From assembly GCA_021613535.1 (NCBI GenBank), contig CP075496.1, positions 13,578,001-13,642,000 of the forward strand: a DNA stretch of 64,000 nt. Direction: 5' to 3'. Numbering within the stretch: position 1 is the stretch's first letter; each line of letters starts with the position of its first letter. Source of the DNA: Adineta vaga. Its lineage: Eukaryota > Animalia > Rotifera. Positions 24,201 through 37,087 of the stretch are shown here, one piece after another. The translations under genes were made by a program, and so were the position numbers. The notes beneath the pieces were generated by a model. The model was not told the DNA's origin, searched no databases, and saw only the letters and a list, made by a program, of their open reading frames with translations.

Positions 24201-27200
24201 TCTCTTTTTCTTTCTATTGCTCATTTTTTTTCGGTAATTCATTCGTTATTTCAGAAAGAATAGATAATTTTTTGCTTCTTCTTATTCTTTTCTTGTCTTC
24301 GGTCTTTTAAAAAAAAAAGAAAAAAAAACCGGCGAGTGATCGCGTGCCGTACACATTAAGGGTGCGCTCGGATGATCCACTACCGCGTTACGATGAGATT
24401 TCAATCGGCGTGTGTACGCCATTCTCTCCCTCTCTCTCATTTCCGTAAACTTTTTTTTGTCTCTTTTAATACACAATTGTCTTGTCAATTGGAGTCTTCA
24501 TCGTTTCTTTCTTTTCACTAAGACTTCTAGAGCGATTTCGAAGAATATAATCGACAAAATTTTTGTCTCCTTACAAGGAGAAAAGAAGAAGAAAAAATCT
24601 AATAAGATGAAAATTTTCGATGACAACGACTCTTATGTTAACGTTAGCCCCTGATGATTCTCTATGGTGAATGAACACACGCACTAGACACTTGTTGATT
24701 GAAACATGTCGAGCTATTTCTAAAAAAGTTTACTGCTATCTCTATTTTCCCTTAGGCGCTTTGAATAGAAGGTGCAACATGCAGATCGGTAATGATGATA
24801 GCAATCTCTATGTTTTCAACTGAATATAATAAATTGAACTAGGAAATACTGACGGATAGGGGTTTTTTCTCTCTCCAGATTGCTCGAAATTAATCATTTT
24901 TCATGTGTCTTTCAATATTTTAAGAATAACAATAGTTGATCTCATTAGAATGAGAGAATTTTTTTTTGTCTGACAAACGGATGTGATGTTTTTTATTCTT
25001 GAACGTTTTCATTCTCTTTCTATGTCTCGTCTATATTTTTATACATATGTATAGATGTCTGTCTCTCTGTTGTTATATTTCATTTTCTTATATTCTTTTT
25101 CAATCGACTTGTTCGCTCTTTTATTTCTCTTCAACTCTATCGAGTTCTTTCTCAGTCGAGTAGGCGGGCATCATGTCCGGAGAAGAGAAACATTGAATTT
25201 GTGTATGTGTGTGTGAATGAAAGCAGCAAGAGAAATAGTGACAGATCTCGTTTAGGTTTTTAATATATTTTTGATACGAATATAAAAAGAATGAGAAAGA
25301 GAGAGAGAGAGAAAGTTTTTTATTTGCAAGTTTAAGTATAGAATCGATTAATATATTTTATATGCTCTTTTCATTCTTCATACATATATTTTCATGGCAG
25401 CAGGTTTTGTCTGTTCTTCTTTCTTTTCTTTCGACAATTTCAAGTAAAGTTAAGAAAGCCTTTCCTTTCTTTTTTTTGTTTTAAACAATAACAACCATAA
25501 GAAAGAGAACGTTCTTAATTTCAATCGATGAAGAATTTGAAGTTGAGGTGACGTATGTTATATATATATGTTGACATTTTCTAATTTCAAGACATAATTG
25601 AACATGGCTTCAAGTTTGCATGTGCTCGATGTTGTTCAACAGAACAGAGAGGGAGAGAGAGAGAGAAGGAACATACACATTTGACAGACAATATCAAATA
25701 ATAGTCGTATGTAAGAGAAAGAGAGGATGGAACAAAATTAAATTTTTCTTCTTTTTTTTTGTTTCTCACTCTGAAAGAACACGACGTTTTATTAAAAGAA
25801 TTGAAGGGGACTCTCGGGAAGCGCATGTACGCATTTTTTTAACAACACTCACTAACCATTCATTCATTCTGTATTGTTGATTAAGTGAGAAAAAACAGGA
25901 CTGTAGAAATGCAGAAATGAAAAAAAAAATTTTAATCATCACTCAACGACTCTCACAAAACGAGAGAATAAAGAGCAACTTTCTTTTTTTCCTCTTTTTT
26001 CTTTTTTTGAAGATAACAGTCATTTTTTTTTACATTTTGTGTATATGTGTGTTTTAATAGCAACGTCCTCAACTTGCATACATTTTTTTCGCTCTTGTAT
26101 TCTCGTTTTCTTTTTTTTTGGTTTGAAAGTCAAATGAAACAGAACAGATGCCGATGTGTGAGAAAAGAGGCAACTAACATTGGGCGCACTTCATTTGAAA
26201 ATAACAAGTAAGTGTATGTAAGAATGTAAAACTGTATCGATTATAACTTCGTTCTGTTCGGCTTTTTCTTTTTTTGTCTATTGATTTTATTTAAATGTCT
26301 CAACAAGAAACATACACACATTTATCAAAAGATCAAGGAAAGGAAGAAAAAGAATTTTTAAATAAACAAAATATTGATTGATTAAATGTTCTCGGATTTT
26401 CTCTTTCTCGTTTTTTTTTCATTCAAATATTGTAAACACATCTGGAATGATCATTTTTCTTTCTTCGCTTTTTAGTTTTGGAGAAAAAATGTAAATATAA
26501 TATCTTCTCTCATCTGGATTGAGACATTGAATGCGGGCGCGCGCGCAAGAGAGAGAGAGAAAAAAAGATATTTAGTTTACTCTTTCGAATAATCGACAAT
26601 TTTCCCGTTCTCTCTCTCTCCAAGAAAATCTAATCTTGACACATCTGTTTCATCTCGTCTTGTTTTCTATATCTTAGGTTGTCTTTTTTGTCTTATCTAG
26701 TTAAGTTATTTGCGTGCAAAGAGAAAAAAACACGGGATTATTCAGGAAATTCTTCATTTCGATTTTTTGGAAAAACAATTGTACAGATGTACGATTATCG
26801 ATGAACTCAAATGCTTTTCTCTATCAATCAATCAATCAATCTAGAAAGATGAGTTGAACTTTTGCTCGCGTACGATCATTCTTTTTCTTTTCACATCGAA
26901 CTTTTTTTTTCCAATTATTTATCTCTTCCTTCTCTTTCTTCCGTTCAATATATCACGATTCCTGACGGTTAACACGGTCGTATATCTGAACTGAGAAGCG
27001 CGAATCAATATCAGTACATTAGTTAACTATGTCTAGTATGTTTCTATGGATTACATCTTCGTTTTGATTCATATATCGAGAAGAAGAGAATAGAAATGAT
27101 GTTCTTGTCTGTTTCTTTAACCGATTCATCGTTCGCATTCTATCTTGATATTTCTTCTTCTTTTTCTCATTCTGTATTTGTACAGAATATTATTTTAGGA

Positions 27201-29302
27201 AAATTCTCGTTTTTTTTTTCTTTTCTTCATTGTACGAGAAGAGAGAAAAGTTCGAGCTAAATAAGAGTATATGTACAACTATCGACTGTATTAGTTAGTA
27301 TAGTAAATGTCGAAGAGAACTTTTTTTTTCTTCTCATATCCTAACCAACCAAATAGATTTCTATGTAGAAAGATAGTCTTAACGAGTATGTTTCTTTATA
27401 GTTTTTTTTTCTCATTGATTCCATCGTTTTTTTGTCGAGTACTGGAACAAAGTATTGTTGATGATAATAGTTACATTCTAACGTCGTTTCGAACAAGGCA
27501 AACAACGACAACTAAATTTCTCGGTAAATTTGATTGATGTTAAAAAATAGTTTTCTTCATATTTCAAATGTATGTTTCTTTTCTCTCTCTCTCTCTCTTA
27601 CAGTTAAGTCTTTAATTAAAAAATGAAAAAAAAAAGTTATTTCTTCTTTGAAATTTAGACAGACCATACATCCGTTATCCTTTAGTTTTTCTTTTTGTTC
27701 TCGTTTAGTAATTCATTTATTTCGACGAGAAGATAAGAGGGAGAATATAAATATATATATATATATAGACATCTTTAATCTACTATTCCTTTTTGCTTAT
27801 AGTCAAAGTTCTTTCTTTTTTTGTGTTTCTCTCTCGATGTATTTTAAAATAAAATGATGGAAAAGAATAGTCCTTCTTCTTCGTCTTTCTTTCTTTCTGT
27901 ATGTAACCAAATTAATCTGAGACCGATGCTAGAGAAGAGATGAAGAAAAAAGAAACGAGAAAAAGAAATTCATTAAGATGAGGAACTATTAGAGAAGAAG
28001 ATCGACTTAAGTTTACTTTGATGAGTAATGGGTTCTTTTTTTTAACTTTGATTTTAATCCATATTAAATGTATTTTGATTCTAATTGATGTCCTTGTCTA
28101 TCGAAGTCCAATGTACATTTTTCTTTCTTTTCTTCTCTCATTATCGATCGGCCATCAAAAAAAGGTAATTTTCAAAAAAAAAAAACAACAAAAAAAAGTT
28201 TTTTTTTTTATAAAAGTCATTCAACCGAATCTCAGTTTGGTCTGTTAGCCTTCACTTTCTCTTTTATAAGGTTTTTTCTGCTTGCACGTATTCTCGGGTT
28301 TTTTTTTCGATTTGCTTCTTGAAGGTAAAATATCGACATTAACTGCACGTTGAAAAAAAAAATTTGCAATCATCATTATCATCATAGTCAGTCCACCTTC
28401 ATAAAAAAAAAACTAATGCAAACAATAAGTCTGTTTTATATGAAAAAAAGACAGTGATGACAAAAACGCAATAAAGCAAGAGAAGAGACACAGAGAGAGA
28501 GAGAGATAGAGGAGCATGAGAAAAAAGATAGAAACAATACAAATACTATTTTGGTATAGCGATACATAGAGTCGATTTTATTCATTCATTCGTTTCACAT
28601 CGTTTTTTTATATTATATTGTCAACGATGCGTCCTATATATATATATATATTAGTATGGGTTAAGAACAGTTATTATTTAAATCCACTTTTCTTTTTTCT
28701 CTTTTTTTTTTCGTTTAATTTTAGTAAAGGTGTATAAGTGTGAAGAAGAAAGGTTTCTTTCTAATAGACATGAAGATTAGTTATAATGATCATAATCAGC
28801 ATTTTTAAATTTCATATATGTGCTTAAGTTTTCAAACTGAGTTGTTGTTCATCATTAGAATGGCATAAATAGATAGCGAAGAGAAAAAGAAAGCGATCAT
28901 CATCCTTTGAAGACTTCAATCATCACATGCACTTTCCTTTTCTCTATCTATTCTATCGTCAAATAATTAGATTCGGTCTTTATGTGGCGGTCATCAACTG
29001 AATACCAGAGAAGAAAAGAAAAAGAAAAAAAAATCTAGACGACAACATTGAGAACATTAACTTTTCTTTTTTTTCCCCATTATTTCAATTCGTTTATAGA
29101 AAAAAAGAGAGAAAAAAACCTCATTTTCAATTGACATTCATTTTTCGTTTTCTATTTTCTTCTTTTAGATTCAGTCACATATGAAAATTGACTGAAATAA
29201 ATAAATAAAATTTAAAAAAAAGAAAGAACAGACGAAAATTTCACTATGACAGCACAGTAGAAATGGAGCCATAATAAAAAATTTTAATTTTCAAATGAAG
29301 AA

Positions 29303-32300
29303 ATGATGGAATCAAGCAATACAACGAATGATCAACAAACACCACCTGTATTACCAATGAATAATAGTAGCAGTCGTCGGAAACAAAGCAAACCAAATAG
29401 GTAAGTGTCGAGTCATTTTTCATTTTTCATTTTCAAGAAAAAAAGAAAAAGAAAAGAACGACCCTATAACGATGACAGATGGTCATTGTTGTAAAATTTT
29501 ACAGCTTCATTTATAATCGACTGAGAATAAAACAAAAATCAATAATGCAAGTAGAAGACTGAAATTCTATTCCTCTAATCATTTATCTCGTTCTCTTTTA
29601 ACCCATCGATTCTTTACCAAAACCACATCTCTATATATTTGTGTGTGTGTGTCCGAAATTACAATAAGTTCTAATAAAAAATGAATGTTTAGAGAGGAGA
29701 AAGAGAAACGCACACACACTAATGTTAATAGTTCCACTCTGAGAAAAGAAGAAGAAGAAGAAAAAAAAACTGAAACTATGTGTGCTAGGATTATTGATGA
29801 GAGCCGCATTGACAACCCACACATAAACGGAAACGAAACTCATCAAGTATTTGCCTCCAACAACGGACGGACGAAGAGAAACAGAAAAGACAGACCAAAA
29901 AAAAATAGAAGAAGAAGAAGAAGAAATAGATCAATACAAAAAAATCTCATGAATAAAGAAAAAGAGAATTGCAAACGAACTCATTCAAATGCAAATACAC
30001 GCATCAATAAATGAGATTGAAGCTTTAAGAGACAGAGACAGAGAGAAAAAGAAAAATCGTCTGTAAATCTTTTAAATGTCTATCAAAGCAATTATGTCAA
30101 TGGATGTTTCCTTATTTACCGTTGTAATCATTATAATAACCGTTAAAAATCTTTTTCACGCCTTTTAAGACACATGAAGATTTAATTAACTTCATATTCT
30201 GTTGAAAAAATTTTGAATTCAATCATCAAAACTACATAGATAGATCAATCTTTTCATAAACTAAGCTCATTTCAATGTTGACATGGCAAGATTTATGCGA
30301 AGTAATTTGTAAATTCCCTAAAGAAAAAAAGAATCTTAAAAAAAAATTAGTAATTTTTATACATCTCTATTCTTATTCTTGTCAACCGAAAAGAATATCC
30401 AAATAGCTTTTCTTTTTCTCTCTCTCTCTTCAATCTCACAATCTGATTTAATATTAATAGAATGTCAAAATAAGATTTCAACGAAAATCCTCAAGGGTTA
30501 AAAGAATGAGAATTAAACTTTATTTCATTTAGACTTGAACATGTTGTTTTGGAATCTACACCCGCTTGTGAGCCTCTTAATTCCTCATCAATTCTTTCAT
30601 CTTTAACACAATATCATGTTGCTGCTGAACAACAAGAAAGTGGAATTGGTAATGATGATGAATCTGATCGTAATAGTTTAAATTGTGAAGATGGATCATT
30701 ATCATCTCATTCCTTAGGTGAACATTATGCCATGGAAGATATACTCAATCGTTCTCGACGACCATCTCATCAACAACAAAATCCAACAAATGAAAAACTT
30801 GAACGAATGTTAATTGAAGAAAATGATCAAGAAGAACATCTCGATCAAGAACATGGAACAATTAATGCATTAGATTTTAGTTTAAAACTAGATGAAAGAA
30901 ATAAACATGCAATGAATCGTTCACATTCGACAGGTAAAATACGTTCATTAAAACGTAAACATCAAAATGGTTTAACTGATAATAATAATGGAACATTATC
31001 AATACCAACACGAATATTTCATGCTGATGCGTTTTGTACAATCTGTCGAAAGGTAAATAAAACGAAATTTATTTGATTAATTATTTACGAATTATTTTTT
31101 TTATTTTAAGGAATTTTGTAATAAATATTTCTTAAAAACTCAGTAAGTATTGTATGATCGATGTGAAAAGAGTATTTATATGTTTATGATTTCAGTTTGG
31201 CAAATAAACATGGAATATTTGATCAACAATCTGTTGTTCCATCTGGTTCAACTCAAGGAACAAATGATTCACTGACTGATTCAAATCTTCAACATCCATT
31301 TACAGTTATATCAACATTATTAAGTAATGGTCATGAAGATTTCTCTTCCTCACCTTCATCTGATCTGCTAGCAAATCATTCAACTAATGATGATGAAAAT
31401 GAAACTGAACTTAGTTCATTACGACATGAAATGAATGGTGTTATAGCCGGTGGTGGTGGTGTTGGTGGTGGTGATGATGATGATAATAATGATAATCATC
31501 ATCAAACTGATGATGACATTGATGATGATGAACAAGATGGAATTCATCGAAATCTTCCGCAAAAAATTTCAAATGATAATTCAAATCTTCTTTCTGATAA
31601 TCACAATAATAATAATAATCATAATACTGATGATGATGATGATGATAATGATGATGAACAAGACAGATTAAATCATTCTCCATCAAATAGTTTAGATTAT
31701 CAACAACAAGCATCATCATCAACAACTCCTGCCCAATCCTCAACTTTAACATCATCAGTAACAAATCTATCACGACAATCTTCAGTTAAACTACCCGAAG
31801 ATTTTTGTGATATATGTCAAAAACATTTTTGTAATAAATATTACTTACGCGTAAGTTTGTTTTGCTTTCTTTTCTTGTCTTCAATCTTGAAAACTAACTT
31901 TGATGAGTCAATTAAAAAATAATTAGAATATTCTATATTTAGAAACATCGATTAGATGTACACGGAGTACAAACAGATTCAAATATCAAACCATATAAAC
32001 GTATTGATAGTAATGTTTTATCCATTAAAAATTCTCCGCCATCAACATCATCTCAACAAATCTCATCAACAATTCAATTACCATCATCATTTCCAAATGT
32101 AACATTTAATTGTATGTTAATTGACATGATTTTTCTTGTTGAATTTTGTCTTGATTAATTTCGATTTTTTTTTCTTGTAGCATCATCTGTTCAACAGAGT
32201 CTTGGCATGTTACTTAATCCGATATTTTCTCCTCTTGTTCAATCTCAAACGAATAATTCTGAACAAAGTTTATTATCATCAACAAAACGTCGTCATACAG

Positions 32301-33944
32301 ATACAAATTCAAATGATTCATCAAAAGCACAATTTCCATCATCACTTCTAACTGTTGCGTCAGATGTTGCGAATGTTTTAGCCAATCAATTAACTTCTGT
32401 TACAAATAATTCCTCAACATCTACAAAATCTCAAATAAGTACATGTCATTTATGTGGAAAGAAATTTCAAAATAATGATTATTTACAATTACATCTTCTG
32501 AATAAACATCAAATAAGTACTGATATGAAAAATTTCGATTTACAACAACGAACAAAACTAACAAATTTAATAAATGATTCAGTAACAAGTAATACAGTTA
32601 AAAAGATCAAATTAGAAACGAATGAAACACCATCAACTGGTATTCAGATGTCAACATCATCATCAATTGATACAATTTTATCACCAACACCATCAACATC
32701 AATGTCCGGAATCGTCGATACATATTTCGCAGCTAAAATGGCTGATCGTGTTTCATGTGATATATGTCATAAGGTAAAATACTTTATTTATTCATACATA
32801 ATTCTCATCCTATTCTTTCTTTTCTAGCAAGTTTGTAATAAATATTTTCTTAAAACTCATAAACTTAAAGTACATGGCGTAGTATCTGATCCTATTCATA
32901 CATCATCAAGTTCATTATCAATTAATAATTCTGACATACCGGAAGATAATCATGATCAACAAAATTCACGATCATCATTAGATGGTAGTCCGCCTCAACT
33001 TGTTGTTGATGAACTGAATACAATAAATACAGAACCAGGTGTTATTCCAAGTCCAGATACATTAACAGCTTCAGTGAATACATTTATTAATACAAATAAT
33101 GAAACAATTGATCCAACATCAACAAGTATTTGTGAAATATGTTCGAAATCATTTCCAACGAAATTCTTTCATGTACATATGAATAATGCACATGGAATTC
33201 AACAACAACCAATTTTATCTATAAATGGTTCAATAAATTCCACATTACATAATACAATTAAACGATCATTATCAAATGGAAATAATACAGTTCGTTTAAA
33301 ACAAACACCACAAGTTCAATTACGTGTCACATGTCAAGTATGCAAGAAGGTTCGTATTTTCAATGAAATTAATATTTGAAATTTATTTATTTCGTTTCTT
33401 TTTTTTTCCTCCATAGGAATTATGTAATAAATATTTCCTTCGTGCACATATGCGTAATGTTCATAATATATCCGTAGATGATTTACGTCTAATTCAACAA
33501 CCATCAAATTCAACATCTCAATTATCTCCATCATCAGATAATCAATCATCAAATCTGTTATCATCATCATCGTCTACAACAGGAATTCCAACAGATTTAA
33601 ATAATTCATTAACAATCATTCAACGTTCGTTATCGAATGATAATGATTTAAATGGTCATTTAACTGATAGTAATGAATCGGAAAATTTACATATAACAAC
33701 AACGAATAAAATGTTAACTAATGACAATAATAATAATAATAATCTTTTATCTATGCAACCATTCTTAGTTGAAAGTGATGATGATTTATATAAAGATTTA
33801 TTTGTACCATGTATGGTTTATTTACCCTGTCGACATCGTGTAACAAAACCATTAGAAGTATCCTTAAGACTTAAACCTGTTGATAATACAACATCAACAT
33901 CATCACCAACAACACCAACAGCAACAGCTACAATAGCTGATTAA
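29303..33944 (+). CDS. C2H2 zinc-finger transcription factor, six dispersed fingers (four of the CxxCxKxxCNKY[FY]LxxH type)
   Basis: First exon 29303-29400 (MMESS...SSRRKQSKPNR, missed by the ORF track) splices to 30533. Fingers include CTICRKEFCNKYFLKTHLANKH, CDICQKHFCNKYYLRKHRLDVH, CDICHKQVCNKYFLKTHKLKVH and CQVCKKELCNKYFLRAHMRNVH. C-terminal MQPFLV...FVPCMVYLP box. Confidence 0.85.
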
Positions 33945-34063
33945 TCAATATTTATTTCTCTCTCTCTATATATATATATTTGTATTCGCATGTATCTTTC
34001 GAAGCTCACGTTCAGATATCTTTTAAATCTTCTTTCTCGTTTATTTCTCTTGTTCTTGTCTTA

Positions 34064-34132
34064 TATATGTATGTGTGTGTGTGTGTGTTGAGCTAGTCTA
34101 CACATCTACTCTATCTCTCTCTCTCTCTCTCT
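34064..34132. repeat. (AT)/(GT)n/(CT)n microsatellite cluster downstream of the zinc-finger gene
   Basis: atatatgtatgtgtgtgtgtgtgtg followed by tctctctctctctctc. Many similar short microsatellites occur across 21-30 kb. Confidence 0.7.
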
Positions 34133-35009
34133 TTATCGAACAGTTTTTGTTGCAATCCTTATTTTTGTATCGCAATGGTCGCTCGGTTTTCCTCATTTAC
34201 ATCTTACATATGCGAATAGAACGAACAAAATACGCCCCATGACACACCTCATACGTGTATGTACAAAAACGTTTTCATCTATTATCTCTATGTGTGCAGT
34301 GCAGTGCAGTGTAGTGTAATTCTTCTATGTCTGTACGTATCTTTTTATGTGTGTGCAATGTTTCTCTTTTTTTTCTTCTTCTTCTTCTCATGACAAGGAA
34401 CAATGCTTGTATCTATTTGATGTACATCAGATTTTATCAATGCTGCAATTGATTTCGTTTCATTTTTTTTGGTTTCTTTCATTTTATCCGGCTTAAAATC
34501 TTCTCTTTCGTTTATTTGTAAATGAACAAACATCTATTCATTATTGCTTCCCTTCTACCCGTTCTTCCCCATCAGTATGTGTCGTGCAATTGAAAACAAA
34601 TCGTTTTCTAGGAAACAAAAAAAAACAAAACAAACTAAACCGAACAACAAATAATACACATCTATGCTATAGATTCCTATACATATATATATATCTTTCT
34701 GTTCTCATTCACTTCGTTTTTTCTTTCTTTTTCTTGTTGTTATGAAAATCTCTGTTCCGCTTCTTTTTCGACTTTGGATTTTCTTGTGTGTGTATCGTTT
34801 CTTGCTGTGCGTGTGAACAAAAAAGCACAAATGTGTACTTTCTAGTAACCACTACACGAAAGATAAGTGGTGTGTATACGAACAAAGTAAACGAACAAAA
34901 TCATATATTTCTTTTTCTTCATTATCCTAAAGATCATAATTAATACATAAGAATTTTTCAGCATAAGATATCTTGAAATTTTATTTTAGAAGAAAGAAAG
35001 ATTAACATT

Positions 35010-36485
35010 TTAATTGATAAGTTCAACTGTATATGAATACATTTCTTCACTATTTGCTTTTAATGTCATATTTGACTTGATTGTTAAACTATCTTGAATA
35101 AATCGATGTTTATTTGCTTTAATCATTTTAAAACTTCGATAACTATCAAATCCATTTTGTTCATATTCAATTTTAACTGGTTCATTTTTGAAATTTTTCA
35201 TTTCAACAACAATTTCATAAATATATCGTGTGCGTAAAGAAATAACAATTGGAGATAGATGATTACCATTGGATATTTTCATACTTGATTCAGTTTCATT
35301 GAAACTCACTGATGATATTAATGTAATATTTTCTTTGTAAATTATATTCGCATCTTCACCAATGGAAAATTCATATTTATCTTTAGCAGCTAAATTTGGT
35401 AGAATTGTTTCGCCAACAATACGATTTTGTTCACGAATGATACAACTAATAGAAGTTCAAAATGATTCTTTTTTTCAAAGAAAGGCCAGGTTATTTTTTG
35501 CTTCTTACCTTCCTTGAGAGAGATATCGATCCGAGCAAAGACGATATGAACGTTGAGCTTTACCTTTTGTTGATTGAATAGAAAATGTTTTCGAAATCGA
35601 TCCATATCGTTCCATAGTAACTTGAGGACGATACATTGATAGAAGATAATTCGTTTTCCCCTCAATGGTAAATGGTTTATCAATTGGAAAAACATATAAA
35701 CCAACCAATTCACTACCTTGTCCAACACTTGGTGATATAGACATGGCTAGTTTCATTGGCATCGAATCGCTATCATCATGGACTCTGAGGAAACTTTCAC
35801 CAAATCGAGCTTTACGTATTGGTGCATTGGATTGAATTGGTACAACTTGTAAATTGATATCTCCACCGATTAATTCACCTTGATCAATTGAAATGGGGAA
35901 TTTACCATCATTTCGAATATTTGCCATAGCAATTAAATTCGTTTGATTGTCATTTAAATCTAATTGATATTGAGTTCGCCAATTGATATTAGTTTGTAAA
36001 TAACTAAGAAAGATGTCTGAGTTCGATGGATTTAAATAGGTGAAATTAACAATAAAGTTAGATTTTGATGGTTCTTGTACATAATAAAATTGATCTGTTG
36101 GAATAGTAAAATATAATGGACTGTTATTTGCAATGGATTCATCTTGAATTTTAACAAGATTTGTTGTTTCATCGATGACAGTTGCTTTAACTAATTGAAT
36201 CGTTGTTTTTTCCGATGATAATGGTGAACGAATATAAACTGTTGAACCATTTAATGATTTTTTTTGTTCAGTTATAGTTTGTAATGTAATATTAATATTT
36301 TCACCAAAAAGTGTTAAAGAATCCGATCGAATATCATTCCATTGTTCATTCGTAAATTCCAAAGGTAATTTATCGACACGACAAATAATTTCCGCTAAAT
36401 TCGAATAAATTCGAATAGACGTGTAATGACTTGCGTTTGTTAACAAGGCAAAAAGTAGAATCATACATATCGATATCATTTTCAT
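35010..36485 (-). CDS. Secreted DUF4139-family protein of bacterial type, 2 exons
   Basis: Signal peptide MKMISICMILLFALLTNA. Motifs IRIYSNLAEI, LSYLQTNINWRTQYQLDL, MANIRNDG, ELIGGDI, GLYVFPIDKPFTI, RIVGETILPN...EFSIGED. Intron 35446-35508 joins ORFs 35505..36485 and 35010..35309 in frame. Confidence 0.7.
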
Positions 36486-37087
36486 TGTAAATTGTTTCGA
36501 AGAAATAATACCTCTGCTTTCGTCGACATAGATTATATATAGACTAGATGAAAATTCGTTCTCTCTATGTTTGTATAGTCGATCTATCTAGATAGAATTT
36601 CTGGACGAATAAAAATCGAATTTCATTTTCTCTTTCGTTCTTTGAAAGAAAAGAAAATGTATGTAAAACAGATTGATTATTAATACTAGATTAGATTGAC
36701 ATTTATATAAAAGTGATTGATTGATGAAGAAAGAAAGAAAACAATTAAATCTATCGAATGAGTCATTCACCTAAGTAATCGAATGAATCTAAAATTGATT
36801 TATATCACATGAATATTTATTCCATAACTTGTCTTACACTATTTACAGACATACATACACAGGTGGGCAGGAAAATAGCGTTCTTTTAGTTATTGAAAGA
36901 GGAAAAAGAAACACATTACTTGAAGACGTTTTTGATACAACAAAAGAAAGACATATTATTCACAGCAAGAAAAGACAGATTCGTTTGTTTTGAACAAACG
37001 TATTCGAATTGCGCTGTTATTTCACATTCTCAGGAATAGGTATGACTAAAAAAGCAAATTCATAGAACAAAACAATGTTTTTCAAAA

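Noticed and set aside
26533-26560. gcgggcgcgcgcgc followed by (GA)n
   Set aside because: Too short to interpret. Possibly a promoter element but indistinguishable from a simple repeat.
21333-28248. Numerous 60-100 aa ORFs rich in F/L/K/R/E
   Set aside because: Translations of poly-T/poly-A and CT/GA microsatellites with no coding codon bias or domain
31441-31773. Poly-His/Tyr and poly-Met/Ile ORFs
   Set aside because: Antisense and off-frame readings of GAT/AAT repeats encoding poly-Asp/Asn in the zinc-finger exon
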